Below, piece by piece: positions 1 through 10,814 of a stretch of 64,000 nt of DNA. A program made the translations under genes and the position numbers. The notes below the pieces were generated by a model that ran no database searches, was not told the DNA's origin, and saw only the letters and a list, made by a program, of their open reading frames with translations. The DNA is taken from contig NC_086108.1 of NCBI RefSeq assembly GCF_963921235.1, positions 41,852,001 to 41,916,000 on the forward strand, in the 5' to 3' direction. The number at the start of each line of letters is the position of its first letter. Positions within the stretch are counted from its first letter, which is position 1. Source of the stretch: Mobula hypostoma. Its lineage: Eukaryota.

Positions 1-1780
1 TGTCCCCTGCGCTGTACCTCCTGCTTTTAGTTGCCACAGGTTTACAGTCGGGGTCAGGTTGGCGAACAGCAGTGGGGGAGGGATCTTGAGGGGGGAGAGG
101 CCGCAAGTGGGGTTCGTTGTGCGGCTGTTGGCATGGTGTTGGGTGGGATGTGCGGGTTGGTGTGTGTGGGTGGTCAGTAGCGGGGTATGTGACGTATTCC
201 TACAAAACTGAGGATTTACAACAGTGATTGGTGGGAGGGGCCCGTCATACTTCATTGTCACGCTTTTCAGGTGGCTCTGGAAGTCGAGCCCCAATAGCAC
301 AGGGACACACAGTTGAGGCATGACCAGTAACATAAAGTCTCGATATCCTGTGCCCTGCACCACTAGTGTTGCTACACAACCCCCCCCCCACCCCCGATGT
401 CTGTTGTATGCGACCCGGAAGCCATGGCGACCCTCTAACTTACCAGCCATATCGCGAGTCCGCAATGCTGCACTGTGTCCGGGTGGAAAAAACTCTCTGT
501 GCTGCCCCTGTCAAACAGGCAGCTTGTCCTGTGCCCCTCCACCAGGATGTCCATCATTGACCTTGCAAGCTGGGGGGAGCGCTTTGGTCGAGGGTCATGG
601 AGGCCAGAGTTGAGTCACTGTCTTGGTCTGGCACGGCACGGTGCCCCGTGAGCACCCGTGGGTCATAGGCGGTGGGAGGTGGCGCCAACCAAGATGGCCG
701 CCCCCATGTCTCACACGTGGTGGCGGCATGCAGGCAAGATGGCGACCCCCATGCCTCGCATGCAGCGCTGCTCGACCCCGCTCGCGGTTTGGACTTACAA
801 GCCTTGACGAAGTGGTCCTTCTTTCCGCAGCTGCAGCAGGTAGCTTCTTGGGCCAGGCAGCATTTACAGGGGTGCTTCTCGAGTCCGCAGAGGTAGCACT
901 TCACAGACTCGCGACTGGCAGCAGCTGTGGTCGATTCGCCGGTGGGTTGCGGGGTCTGCGGTGTCCACGAGGCCATCGGGGTTCGCGTGCCTGGAGAGCC
1001 TCAAGAGTTCTGCAGAGCGGCCTCCAGCATGTTGGCCAGCTCAATCACTGAACATAAGGTAAGATCTGCTTGGTCCTTCAGCCGCTGGCGCACGTACACT
1101 GATCTGGTCCCCATGACGAAGGCATCTCTTACTAGGAGCTCCACATGCTGTTCAGCCGTCAGCCCCTGGCAATCGTAGGTCCGCACGAGTGTCTGTAGGG
1201 CCTGGACAAACTCAGCCCTCGACTCCCTGGGCCGCTGCTGCCGTGTCGCTAAGCGATGCTGCACGTAGACGGTGTTTACCGGCCGCAGGTACTGTCTTTT
1301 GAGGGCGCTCATCGCACCGTCGTAGCTCGGCTGGTCTCTGATCATCAAGTAGACCCGAGGACTGACCCTGGAGAGGAGAACTCTGAGCTTCGCGGTGGGC
1401 TCGGTCACTTCAATCTCCTCTAGGTATGATTCGAAGCAGGCCAGCCAGAGTTCAAAAGCATTTCCAACTTCAGGTGTTTGCGGGTCGAGGTCTAACTTGT
1501 CGGGTCTCAGATCACGTTCCATGCTTTAAAATTACTGCTAATAAAATTGATGCACCATCAGTAACTCCAAAAGATTGGAAGTAGAGTAAATACTGAAAGG
1601 CTTTTATTAGCAGTAAAATGTGACCTCCACCATGCTGAGTATCTGCCCTGGACTGAGAAGAGGAGCAATGGCACAATCGCCTTTATTCAGGGGTCTGTGG
1701 GAAGAGCCACAGGAGCAGTCAGCAGAGGGGCTCGTCCAGACAGGTAACCCAGTTACAACATATATATATGGTTTACCACA
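1..1780 (-). mobile_element. Gypsy/Ty3 LTR retrotransposon, 5' part (5' LTR, gag with CCHC knuckle, aspartic protease, start of pol); frameshifted; continues off the left edge
   Basis: LTR 1548-1780 (TG...CA). Gag ORF 1001-1522 (RPDKLDLDP...LATRQQRPRES...RDAFV). Zinc knuckle CYLCGLEKHPCKCCLAQEATCCSCGKKDHFVKAC in 554-976. Protease-like CLFDRGSTESF near 485-520 and VLLGLDFQSHL near 270-300. Frameshifts near 1003, 975 and the G-run at 380-395. Confidence 0.93.
1548..1780 (-). repeat. 5' LTR of Gypsy element (233 bp)
   Basis: Element strand reads TGTGGTAAACC...GGTGCATCA and contains AATAAA (plus-strand tttatt near 1603-1608). Homologous to the solo LTR at 7508-7738. Confidence 0.9.
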
Positions 1781-2322
1781 CTATCATTACATTTTGATTA
1801 GCTCTTCTTGAAAGTTTGCAGCTTTAATAACAAAGTTCAGTACATATTCACTGACCATATCAGAAAGAAGTGACTGAGGAGAAAACACATGTGGTTTACG
1901 TGTTAATTAGAGAAACAACCAACTGAATTAACCGACATACTGACCTTTTCATCACACTTGGTACATTCCAGGCAAAGAAGCTAACTATTTTGAAAATTGT
2001 TTAAAATTTAAGACTAAAAAAGGATAAAACTGGAAATGACTGTAGGCCATTTAGATCATAGATCATGGATCATGGCCTTGTGTCCACTCTCTCTCTCACT
2101 TTATGCTCATAATCAGTGATTCCAGCGGGGATCAAATATCTATCGCTTTCAACCAGCCATCCACATCTCCCTGGGGTAGAAAATAGCAAAATTTTCTGAG
2201 CTATTAAGTTAAGAAATTTTCTTCCTCGCAATTCAATTTTCCGGTCCTTATCTTGAGATTGTGCCTGCCCGCCCCCACATCTCAGTTTGAAAAAAAGGCA
2301 TTCCAGCTGCTGTGCTCTAATC

Positions 2323-2471
2323 CAGTGGTCTCCAACCTCCCCAAAGAGAGTCAATAACTTTTATTTCGGCTTTTTTCTTAAAGGTGTGCTGGGTGCACTC
2401 CGGCTACCGCTGGACCCCTGCATGCTTCACGGCCCGGTATCGGACTGTGACCTGGAGGTTGGGGACCACTG
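2323..2471. mobile_element. hAT (Charlie-like) MITE, 149 bp
   Basis: TIRs cagtggtctccaacctcc / ggaggttggggaccactg; degenerate 8-bp TSD ctctaatc / ctgcaatc. Confidence 0.8.
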
Positions 2472-2997
2472 CTGCAATCCAACTCAGAATTTAATACATT
2501 TCAACTACAGGTTGAACCGCTCTGGTCCAGCATCCTGTGGTCTGGCAATTCCCATTGTCTGGCATGTTTTGAACCTGTAGTACAGATTTGCACCATTTAA
2601 TTAATTCAAAGAACGATCTAACTAAGATCTACAACCTGCACTAAACCATGGCTACTTAATCTACCAGTGCAATCTTTGAAATCTCAGCCAACAGATTTTC
2701 CAACTTGTAAAAACTTCAGATAGCCAACAGTCCTCAGAATCCTTGTATGACCCGCAAGCAGCTAAATCTAGAAAGAACATCCCTTCTACTCAGCGGAAGA
2801 TATTATGGGGGCAACTTCTGTGCCCTGCATTTTTTGTTCCATTACCAGTCAAATGCTAAGAGTGTTGGATTAGAGTGTGTTAGTCTGTATTTGATTTTTC
2901 ATTGTTCTAGATTCAAGTTGAAGGCATTTGCTGTTCATTCGCTCCACAAACAACAACCCATTCATCCCACAAATCATCTAATAAATTATACTGCACA

Positions 2998-4890
2998 AAG
3001 CTGTACGAACCTGTTGGAATTCTTTGACGAGATTACAAGTAGGATAGATACAGGGGATGTAGTGGATGTTGCATATTTGAACTTTCAGAAGGCCCTTGAC
3101 AAGGCGCCACACATGAGGCTGCTTACCTAGTTAAGAGCCCATGGTATGACAGGAAAATTACTAACATGGTTAGAGCATTGGCTGATTGGTAGGAGGCAGC
3201 AAGTGGCAATAAAAGGATCCTTTTCTGATTGGCTGCCAGTGACGAGTAGTGTTCTGCAGGAGTCAGTGTTGGGACCACTTCTTTTTATGCTGGATATAAA
3301 TGATTTAGATGATGAAATAGATGGCTTTGTTGCCAAGTTTGCAGATGATATGAAGATTGGTGGAGGGGCAGGTAGTGTTGAGGAACCAGGTAGGATGCGG
3401 AAGGACTTAGATAGAATGGGCAAGAAAGTGGCAAATAGTCATAGTCATACTTCATTGATCCCGGGGGAAATTGGTTTTTGTTACAGTTGCACCATAAATA
3501 ATAAATAGTAATAGAACCATAAATAGTTACATAGTAATATGTAAAGTATGCCAGTAAATTATGAATTAAGTCCAGGACCAGCCTATTGGCTCAGGGTGTC
3601 TGACCCTCCAAGGGAGGAGTTGTAAAGTTTGATAGCCACGGGCAGGAATGACCTCCTATGACGCTCTGTGTTGCATCTCGGTGGAATGAGTCTCTGGCTG
3701 AATGTACTCCTGTGTCCACCCAGTACATTATGTAGTGGATGGGAGACATTGACCAAGATGGCATGCAACTTAGACAGCATCCTCTTTTCAGACACCACCG
3801 TGAGAGAGTCCAGTTCCATCCCCACAACATCACTGGCCTTACGAATGAGTTTGTTGATTCTGTTGGTGTCTGTTACCCTCAGCCTGCTGCCCCAGCACAC
3901 AACAGCAAACATGATAGCACTGGCCACCACAGACTCGTAGAACATCCTCAGCATCATCCGGCAGATGTTAAAGGACCTCAGTCTCCTCAGGAAATAGAGA
4001 CGGCTCTGACCCTTCTTGTAGACAGCCTCAGTATTCTTTGACCTGTCCAGTTTATTGTCAATTCGTATCCCCAGGTACTTGTAATACAATGTTGGAAAAT
4101 GCATGGTCGTGTACTTTGGTAGTAGCAATAAATGAGTGGACTATTTTCTAAACGGGGAGGAAATCCAAAAATCTGAGATGCAGAGGGACTTGGGGGTCCT
4201 TGTGCAGAACACCCTAAAGGTTAACTTGCAGGTTGAGTCAGTGGTGAGGAAGGTAAATGCCATGTTGGCATTCATTTCAAGAAGTCTAGAACACAAGAGC
4301 AAGGATGTGATGCTGAGGCTTTAGAAGGCACAGGTGAGGCCTCACCTTGAGTATTTGGGCCCTTCATCTTAGAAAAGATGTGCTGGCATTGGAGAGGGTC
4401 CAGAGGAGGTTCACAAGGATGTTTCCAGGAATGAAAGGGTTATCATACAACCATATCTGATGGCTCTGGGGCTGTACTCACTGGAATTCAGAAGGATGAG
4501 GGGGGATCTCATTGAAACCTGTCAAACATTGAAAGGCCCAGACACAGTAGATATGAAAAAGATGTTTCCCATGGTGGGAGTGTCTAGGACAAGAGGGCAC
4601 AGCCCTTAGGATAGAGGGGCGCCCTTTCAGAACAGAGATACAGAGAAATTTCTTTAGCCAAAGGGTGGTGAATTTGTGGAATTTGTTGCCACATGCAGCT
4701 GTGGAGGCCAGGTCGTTGGGTGTATTTAAGGCAGAGATTGATAGGTTCTTGATTGGACATGGAATCAAAGGTTATGGGGAGAAGGCAGGGAACTGGGGTT
4801 GAGGGGGAGGAAAAAAAAGGATCAGCCACGATTGAATGGCGGAGCAGACTTGATGGGCTAAATGGCCTAATTCTGTTCCTACGTCTTATG
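2998..4890 (+). mobile_element. CR1 LINE 3' fragment (RT and 3' UTR), interrupted by Rex1 at 3437-4085
   Basis: SCTNLLEFFDEIT, VLGPLLF, KFADDMKIGG, RDLGVLV; ends in the CR1 3' UTR (aatggcctaattctgttcct). Confidence 0.93.
3437..4085 (-). mobile_element. Rex1/Babar-type LINE, 5'-truncated copy
   Basis: YKYLGIRIDNKL...KKGQSRLYFLRRLRSF...RRSFLPVAIKLYN; (tatgac)n tail; near-identical coding sequence to the 3' end of the copy at 52635-55525. Confidence 0.93.
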
Positions 4891-5643
4891 GTAATTTTGC
4901 CTCATCAGCAAACTTGGTCATTTGTCCTTTCATCTGAGAAATTTCCTCCTCCACTTTTCCCTTTGTCATGTTTTCTCTCCTGATCTGCTTCTGTTTGTGT
5001 CACAATTCTTTCTGAACAACTCTTTTCATTTCAACAATCAAAGGTATAGTAGAAAAGCAATGAGAAGGAATGTTTCCATTGTACCATCATCACAGATCAG
5101 GCACAGAATGCTCTGGCTATTGTAATTCAACCTCAAAAGAACTGTCCAGGTATATCAGTTTAAAAGATCAATCATCCTGGTGGCATATTAAATGAAAATT
5201 GCTCTTTTCATGTTAGCCGGTTAGGTCACCCGTTTTTCTTTTACCGGTTAGTTATCACATTGTTAGTGTGCTAACTGATATGTGCAGCAAAAAGTATGCA
5301 ATAAGATTAAATACCTTGATGTTTATACGATGCACAGGGCTTCTTACTGGACTCTGAAAGTCATGTTTACAAGTTTATTTCTGGGCTATTTACAAGTCTG
5401 CAATATGGTTCCTCCATCATTACAACCACCTCTTACTCAGTAATATTCATTACTTGCAATTGTTCTCTCACCACATCACATTGATACATACATGCATTTT
5501 TGTCCTGAGTGTTTTAATTTCAGAATACAATACTGTTCATATTTCTAGTGTTCTAATCCTCTTATAAAGATTATGCAATTCTTGCTGAGTTGCATCAAAT
5601 GATATGAATTTCTCTATCTTCTTCATGAGTAGTTTTTCTATAG

Positions 5644-5676
5644 GCATCTATTTCAACATTTTCACCTGTCCCATTG
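5644..5676 (+). CDS. candidate 33-nt internal exon of an unknown plus-strand gene (phase 0: ASISTFSPVPL)
   Basis: Acceptor agtttttctatag, donor TG|gtgagt, unique sequence, length divisible by 3. No homology recognised. Confidence 0.35.
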
Positions 5677-5761
5677 GTGAGTACGCAAAAGGAAGATATG
5701 CACAACTCGGTGTGTTTTTGAAATACATCTAACTGCCTTAATAGTGGACAAGCTATACATG

Positions 5762-6061
5762 TGGGCACGTGGCCAAGTGGTTAAGGCATTTGACTAGCGA
5801 CCTGAAGGTCACGAGTTCAAGCCCCAGCCAAGGCAGCGTGTTGCGTCTTTGAGCAAGGCACGTAACCACACACTGGTGCGACGACACTGGTGTACTGGCC
5901 CTTGCCCTTCCCTTGGACAACATCAGTGTCGTGGAGAGGGGAGACTTGCAGCATGGGCAACTGCTGGTCTTCCATACAACCTTGCCCAGACCTGCGCCCT
6001 GGAGAGTGAAGACTTTCCAGGCGCATATCCGTGGTCTCGCAAGACTAACGGATGCCTTATA
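5762..6061 (+). mobile_element. tRNA-derived CORE-type SINE
   Basis: A-box tggccaagtgg, B-box gagttcaagcc, CORE-like ctttgagcaaggcacgtaacc; TSD tatacatg (5754-5761 / 6062-6069); second copy at 45431-45716. Confidence 0.85.
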
Positions 6062-6249
6062 TATACATGCAGTTTGGAACTCGATGGAATGATCTAGCGC
6101 TCTGCTGTGTCTAGAGAACAGAGAAAGGACCCGAAAGGAACCGAGAACATGAGCGGACTCGTGGAAAAGACGAGAGGTGGGATGCAGGATCATGAACGAC
6201 TCCACCTCGAAGCGGCGAGGGAGATTGAAGCAGTGAGGTGAGTGCGGAG

Positions 6250-6392
6250 GGGGTCAGTGATCGCTCCCAACGGAGGCCACTGGGTCAGCAATCGCTCTCA
6301 ACAGAGGCCAGACAGTCAGCGATCACCCCCTACAGAGGCCACCAAGGGAAATGTGGAGGGAGTCAGTGACCGCTCCCAATGGAGGCCACTGG
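6250..6392 (+). repeat. degenerate ~31-bp minisatellite (gtcagtgatcgctcccaacggaggccact-like, 4 units)
   Basis: Units begin near 6252, 6283, 6314 and 6362; the first three are directly adjacent. Confidence 0.75.
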
Positions 6393-6419
6393 AGCACTCA
6401 GAGCAAGGTGAGTTCTGAG

Positions 6420-7150
6420 TGACAGAAGGTCTGTTTCAGTGTTATCTTTCTCGTGGCCCATAGGTCAAAACTTGGCCATCTTGCACAAGAATTATCCCAA
6501 GTTTGCTTTTCCAGGACACCACTTTGTCACGTCAACAGTTTGTCATCGAAGCAGTGTGATGCTCATTCACTCTGTCCGTGTCCTTCACCGGTTAGAGGGT
6601 TTGCTCATGGGTAGCCATTTGACAAGCTGCTACTGTTACTTCTGTGCTTCACAGCTCTCTCTTAGATGTGAAGAAATTTACTTCAGCAATGGGTAAATGC
6701 TAGAAACCGTTGGATCACAGTAGTATCTATCCGTTTTGGCATGATAGCCTTCACCTTTGCTGGATCTGGTATGCTCCCATGAGGTATGAAGGAGAGGTCC
6801 TTCTGTTTAAATTTCAGTTCCTGCATGTTGCACTTCAATTGTTTATCTCTGCCCACCTTTGTCTTTTCAACCGTCTGTTCTCTTCAAAAGTTATTGACTC
6901 TGGTCTTTGTGCCAACAAACCCTTCAAGAGCATGAAAAGCCTTTGATGAAGTCCTCAAGGTGCTGTGGTGATTCCAAAGGGCCACTCCAGTGACCCCGAA
7001 GTTTTTTTTGAATAAACAAATTCTGCTGTCTGCACCCTACATGTCAAAATCCATTCATGGCATCCAACACAAGAAAGATTTTTGTTCAGCACAAGTAAAT
7101 GTCTTTCCACTGAGTTGACTTTTATTTTTCTTTCCTAAAACAGAAAGGTG
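6420..7150 (-). pseudogene. highly degenerate Gypsy pol fragment (RT/RNase H)
   Basis: Manual minus-strand translation gives IFLVLDAMNGF, LKCNMQELKFKQK...PDPAKVKAIMP...IQRFL and LGIILVQDGQVLTY, which are Gypsy RT/RNase H motifs with many stops. Confidence 0.7.
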
Positions 7151-7507
7151 AATGGTGTGCCACTTAGGAAAACCAAGCATTTCCAATCATTTGCCACATG
7201 TCAATTGTGTGATATCTCAGTAGAGTTATAACTATCTGGTATAAGGCCATGGAGTTTTAGATGTCTTATTTTTACAATGAATGCAAAATAGTTCCATGTG
7301 AGCCTAAGAATACACACATTTTCTCCTACAGTATCTCTCTACAGCATCTCTCTACAGCAAGTCAGTACCCAAGGCTAAAGCTCACAAATTTGATAATAAC
7401 ATGCTCAAACACTTTTTTGACCACACTGTATTGTGTTATCTCCAGCATCTGTTCTTACTTTTAATAATTTACATTTTGCCATATTCTGCAGTTTATTGGT
7501 GAGACGT

Positions 7508-7738
7508 TGATGCACTATCAATTGCTCCAAAAGACTGGAAGTAGATTAAATACTGAAAGGCTTTTATTAACTGTAAATGGACCAACGTCCATGCTGAGTA
7601 TCTGTCCCGGACTGAGGGAGGAGCAGTGGCACAATTGCCTTTATTCAGGGGTCTGTGGGAGGAGCCACAGGAGCAGTCAGCAGAGGGGCGTGTCCAGACA
7701 GGTAACCCAGTTACAACATATATATATGACTTACCACA
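7508..7738 (-). mobile_element. solo LTR of the same Gypsy family as 1548-1780
   Basis: Aligns end to end with 1548-1780; TG...CA termini; 5-bp TSD gacgt / gacat (one CpG-type change). Confidence 0.9.
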
Positions 7739-7899
7739 GACATGTTGTAATTTTATTTCAGAACTATTTGCAGATCACCATTTTTTACACTAATCCAACC
7801 CAAACCCATTTCATTCTCCCTACATTCTTATCAGTTCCTTCCCAGTTTCTATAACTGACCTGCACACTTGGGGCACTTTACAATGGCTACTTACCTATC

Positions 7900-9120
7900 A
7901 GATTCTGAATCAGATTTAATATCACTGTATATGTTATGAAATTTGGTGTTTTCCAGCAGCAGTACAGTGCAATACATATTATTACAAAAACTATAATTAC
8001 AATAAGAAACATGTATATATAAACAATAAATTAAATAAGTTGTGCAAAAAGAGAGCAAAACAAGAAAAACATAGAGAGGTAATGTACATGGGTTCATTGT
8101 CCATTCAGAAATCTGATGGCAAAGGGGAAGAAGCTGTTCCTAAAATGGCGAGCAAGTGTCTTCAGCTCCTGTACATCCTCCCTGACAGAGGCAATGAGAA
8201 GAGGGCACGGCCTGGGTGGTGGGGGCCCTTAATGATGGATGCCATTTTTTGAAGATGTCCTCAATGCTGCAGAGGCCCATGGTAGACCTGGCTGAGTTTG
8301 CAAGTTTCCTGCAGCTTTTTACGATCCCGTGCAGTGGCCCCTCCATACCAGATGGTGTTGCAACCAGTTACAATGCTCTCCACAGGACATCTGTAGAAAT
8401 TCGTGAGAGTCTTTGCTGACATACCTGATCACCTCAAACTCCTAATGAAATATGGCCTCTGTGACTTTTTTTTGCAATTGCATCAATATGTTGGGCCCAG
8501 GATAGATCTTCAGAGATGTTACCACCCAGAAACTTGAAAGTGCTCACCCTTTCTACTGCTAATCCCTCAACGCAGACTGGTGTGTGTTCCATTGATATCC
8601 CCTTTGTGAAGACCACAATCAATTCCTTGGTCTTATTGATTTTGAGTGCAAGGTTGTTGTTGCGACACCACTGAACTGGCTGACGCATCTCATTCCTGTA
8701 CATCTCCTCATCACCATCTAAAATTCTGCCAACAGCAGTTGCGTCATCGGCAAACTTACAGATTGCATTTGAGCTGTGCCAAGCCACACCATCAAGGGTA
8801 AAGAGAGAGCAGAGCAGAGGGCTAAACACACATCCTTGAGGTGCACCAGTGTCGATTGTCAGTGAGGAGGAGATGTTATTTCAAATCCGCACTGACAGTG
8901 GTCTCCTGATGAGGACGTCAAGGATCCAGTTGCAGAGGCATGCACATTGGCTCAGGTTTAGGAGCTTGTTGAAGGGATGATGCTATTGAACACAGAGCTG
9001 TAATCGATAAACAGCTGCTTTACATTAGTATTTCTGTTGTCCGGGTGATCCAAGCCCAAGTGGAGAGCCGGTGAGATTGCATCCACTGCAGCCCTACTGT
9101 GGCGATAGGCAAATGTTGTC
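7900..9120 (-). mobile_element. older Rex1/Babar-like LINE RT fragment with 3' tail
   Basis: FSPLLCSLFT, KFADDATAVG, INKTKELIV, FKFLGGNISEDLSW; (tctgat)-like tail near 7900-7915. Confidence 0.85.
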
Positions 9121-9127
9121 TACCTGC

Positions 9128-9289
9128 TCATGTCTTGGAAATTGCAAGGAAGCTGGAGTGTGCAGGAGAAACCCAAGCAGTTACAGAGAGAACGTGCAAT
9201 CTCCACACACAGACAGAAGCAGAGATCAGCATCGAACCTGGCTCGCTGGAGCTGTGAGACGGCCGTTCTCTTAGCCGTGCCACTGCGCT
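9128..9289 (-). mobile_element. V-SINE (tRNA head plus V domain)
   Basis: Minus strand has a ggttcgatgc B-box followed by tgtgtggagattgcacgttctc...gggtttctcc...tccagcttcc, a V-domain pattern. Confidence 0.75.
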
Positions 9290-9433
9290 ATGTAATTCCT
9301 CACAACTTGCTGAAGCGTAAGCACTCAATACTCTCAAATATAGTACCCTCTCTTAAAAACCCAAAATCAAATAAATCTGGCCTTCAGTCGCTGCTACCAC
9401 CTAAGCTACAATAGAGTTTAAGGAAGAGAAGGA

Positions 9434-10084
9434 GGGAGGAGAAGATGGCGGCACGACGCAGCACGCGCGGCCATTCTGAATGATATCGATATGTGTTAAC
9501 TAGGGGGCCGTGCACAATCCTGATTTGATGGAGACACCCATGAGAAGCATGGAGGAACACCTGGAGTAACTTCTGAAATGCCCGCTTCGCTGCTGCTCCT
9601 ACTGTATGATCGAGAATCTCCGGAGGGGAAGGCCCCAAATCCTTGGCTTTGCCTATTGCCTGTTGTCAGGGCCGGGGTCGAAGCACTCAGCAGAGATTGT
9701 GCTTGGTGCTCGGTGTCGGAGAGCTGGTCGGAGGCTCAGAGTTTTCGGACGGACTCGGAGTCAGACTGTGGTCGGATGCTTCCAGTATGCTGCATCAGCA
9801 AGTTGGCGGCATTGGAGGTTCACCATCTGCATGAGATGATGGGACTTTCGAGAGACTTTGAGACTTTTACCATGCCATTCTCTGTTCGTATCAAATTACA
9901 GTATTGCTTTGCACTGTTGTAACTATATGTTATAATTATGTGGTTTTTGTTAGTTTTTAAGTCGGTTTGTCATGTGTTTCTGTGATATCATTCTGGAAAA
10001 ATATTGTATCATTTCTTAATGCATGCATTACTAAATGACAATAAAAGAGGACTGTGTGTCCTCATAATCTATTCATAATCTAAT
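9434..10084 (+). mobile_element. non-autonomous non-LTR retroelement (~650 bp), copy 1
   Basis: Starts gggaggagaagatggcgg; ends aataaaa-gaggac tgtgt gtcctc hairpin-(taatc)n; inverted second copy at 55843-56518; no recognisable coding capacity. Confidence 0.75.
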
Positions 10085-10348
10085 ATTCCTGCAAGACAAT
10101 AACAACATGCTTTTAATTTCCCCTTTGTGTCAGTCAGTGAAAAGGAAAAGCAGGAAAGGTATATAACACGGAACCACTCCAATATCAAAGTATGTACATG
10201 TCATCATACACGTATATACCTTAAGATTCATTCTCTTGCAGGCATTCTCAGTAGATCAAAGAAATGCAAAAGAGTCAAGGAAAAACTGCACACAAAGACT
10301 GACAAGCAACCAATGTGCAAAAGAAGACAAACTGCAAATAATAATAAT

Positions 10349-10804
10349 ACAAACCTAATCCAGTTTTAGAGTCAAAGTCCTACAAATTATATTATGAACC
10401 ATCTATTTTTACAGATAGAACAATCCATAATAATGGTCTGGATATTATATTAGAGGGTAAACAAGCAAGAACAGCTTACTGAATAGATATAGCCACTCCA
10501 AACACTCATAACATACAGAATTCATAAGCGAAAAACACAAGAAATATGCCGAGTTAAAAGAGGAAATTAAAAGACTGCGAAACACATACAGGGTCTACAA
10601 CGGTTATCATCCCAAAGTCACTACACAATAACATTAAACAATTAGGCCTACACAGCAAAGTTTATGTAAAACTCCAGAAAGCCACAATACTAAACACCAC
10701 TAGTTAATAGTCTGGAAGTTCCTCGCAACTGAAGAACAAGTATGCTTGGCTATGCCCATACCTTAGGTTTTACGAGCTTAATAATAATAATAATAAATAA
10801 TAAT
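10349..10804 (+). mobile_element. R4/Dong-clade non-LTR element 3' fragment (restriction-like endonuclease domain) in a TAA microsatellite
   Basis: Translation PNPVLESKSYKLYY...TDRTIHNNGLDIIL...IDIATPNTHNI resembles the REL motif TDRTIxxNRPDI...IDIAxP; (taa)n on both sides. Confidence 0.8.
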
Positions 10805-10814
10805 CATGATAACC

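Noticed and set aside
4890..5030. Minus-strand peptide MTKGKVEEEISQMKGQMTKFADEAKL
   Set aside because: Upstream stop and no splice support; KFADEAKL resembles a decayed LINE RT motif.
5763..5835. tRNA gene-like sequence (also 45431-45495)
   Set aside because: It continues into a CORE-SINE body with TSDs and a dispersed second copy, so it is a SINE head rather than a tRNA gene.
6250..6392. CRISPR-like ~30-bp repeats
   Set aside because: Units are adjacent and diverged, with no regular unique spacers and no cas genes, in a eukaryotic context.
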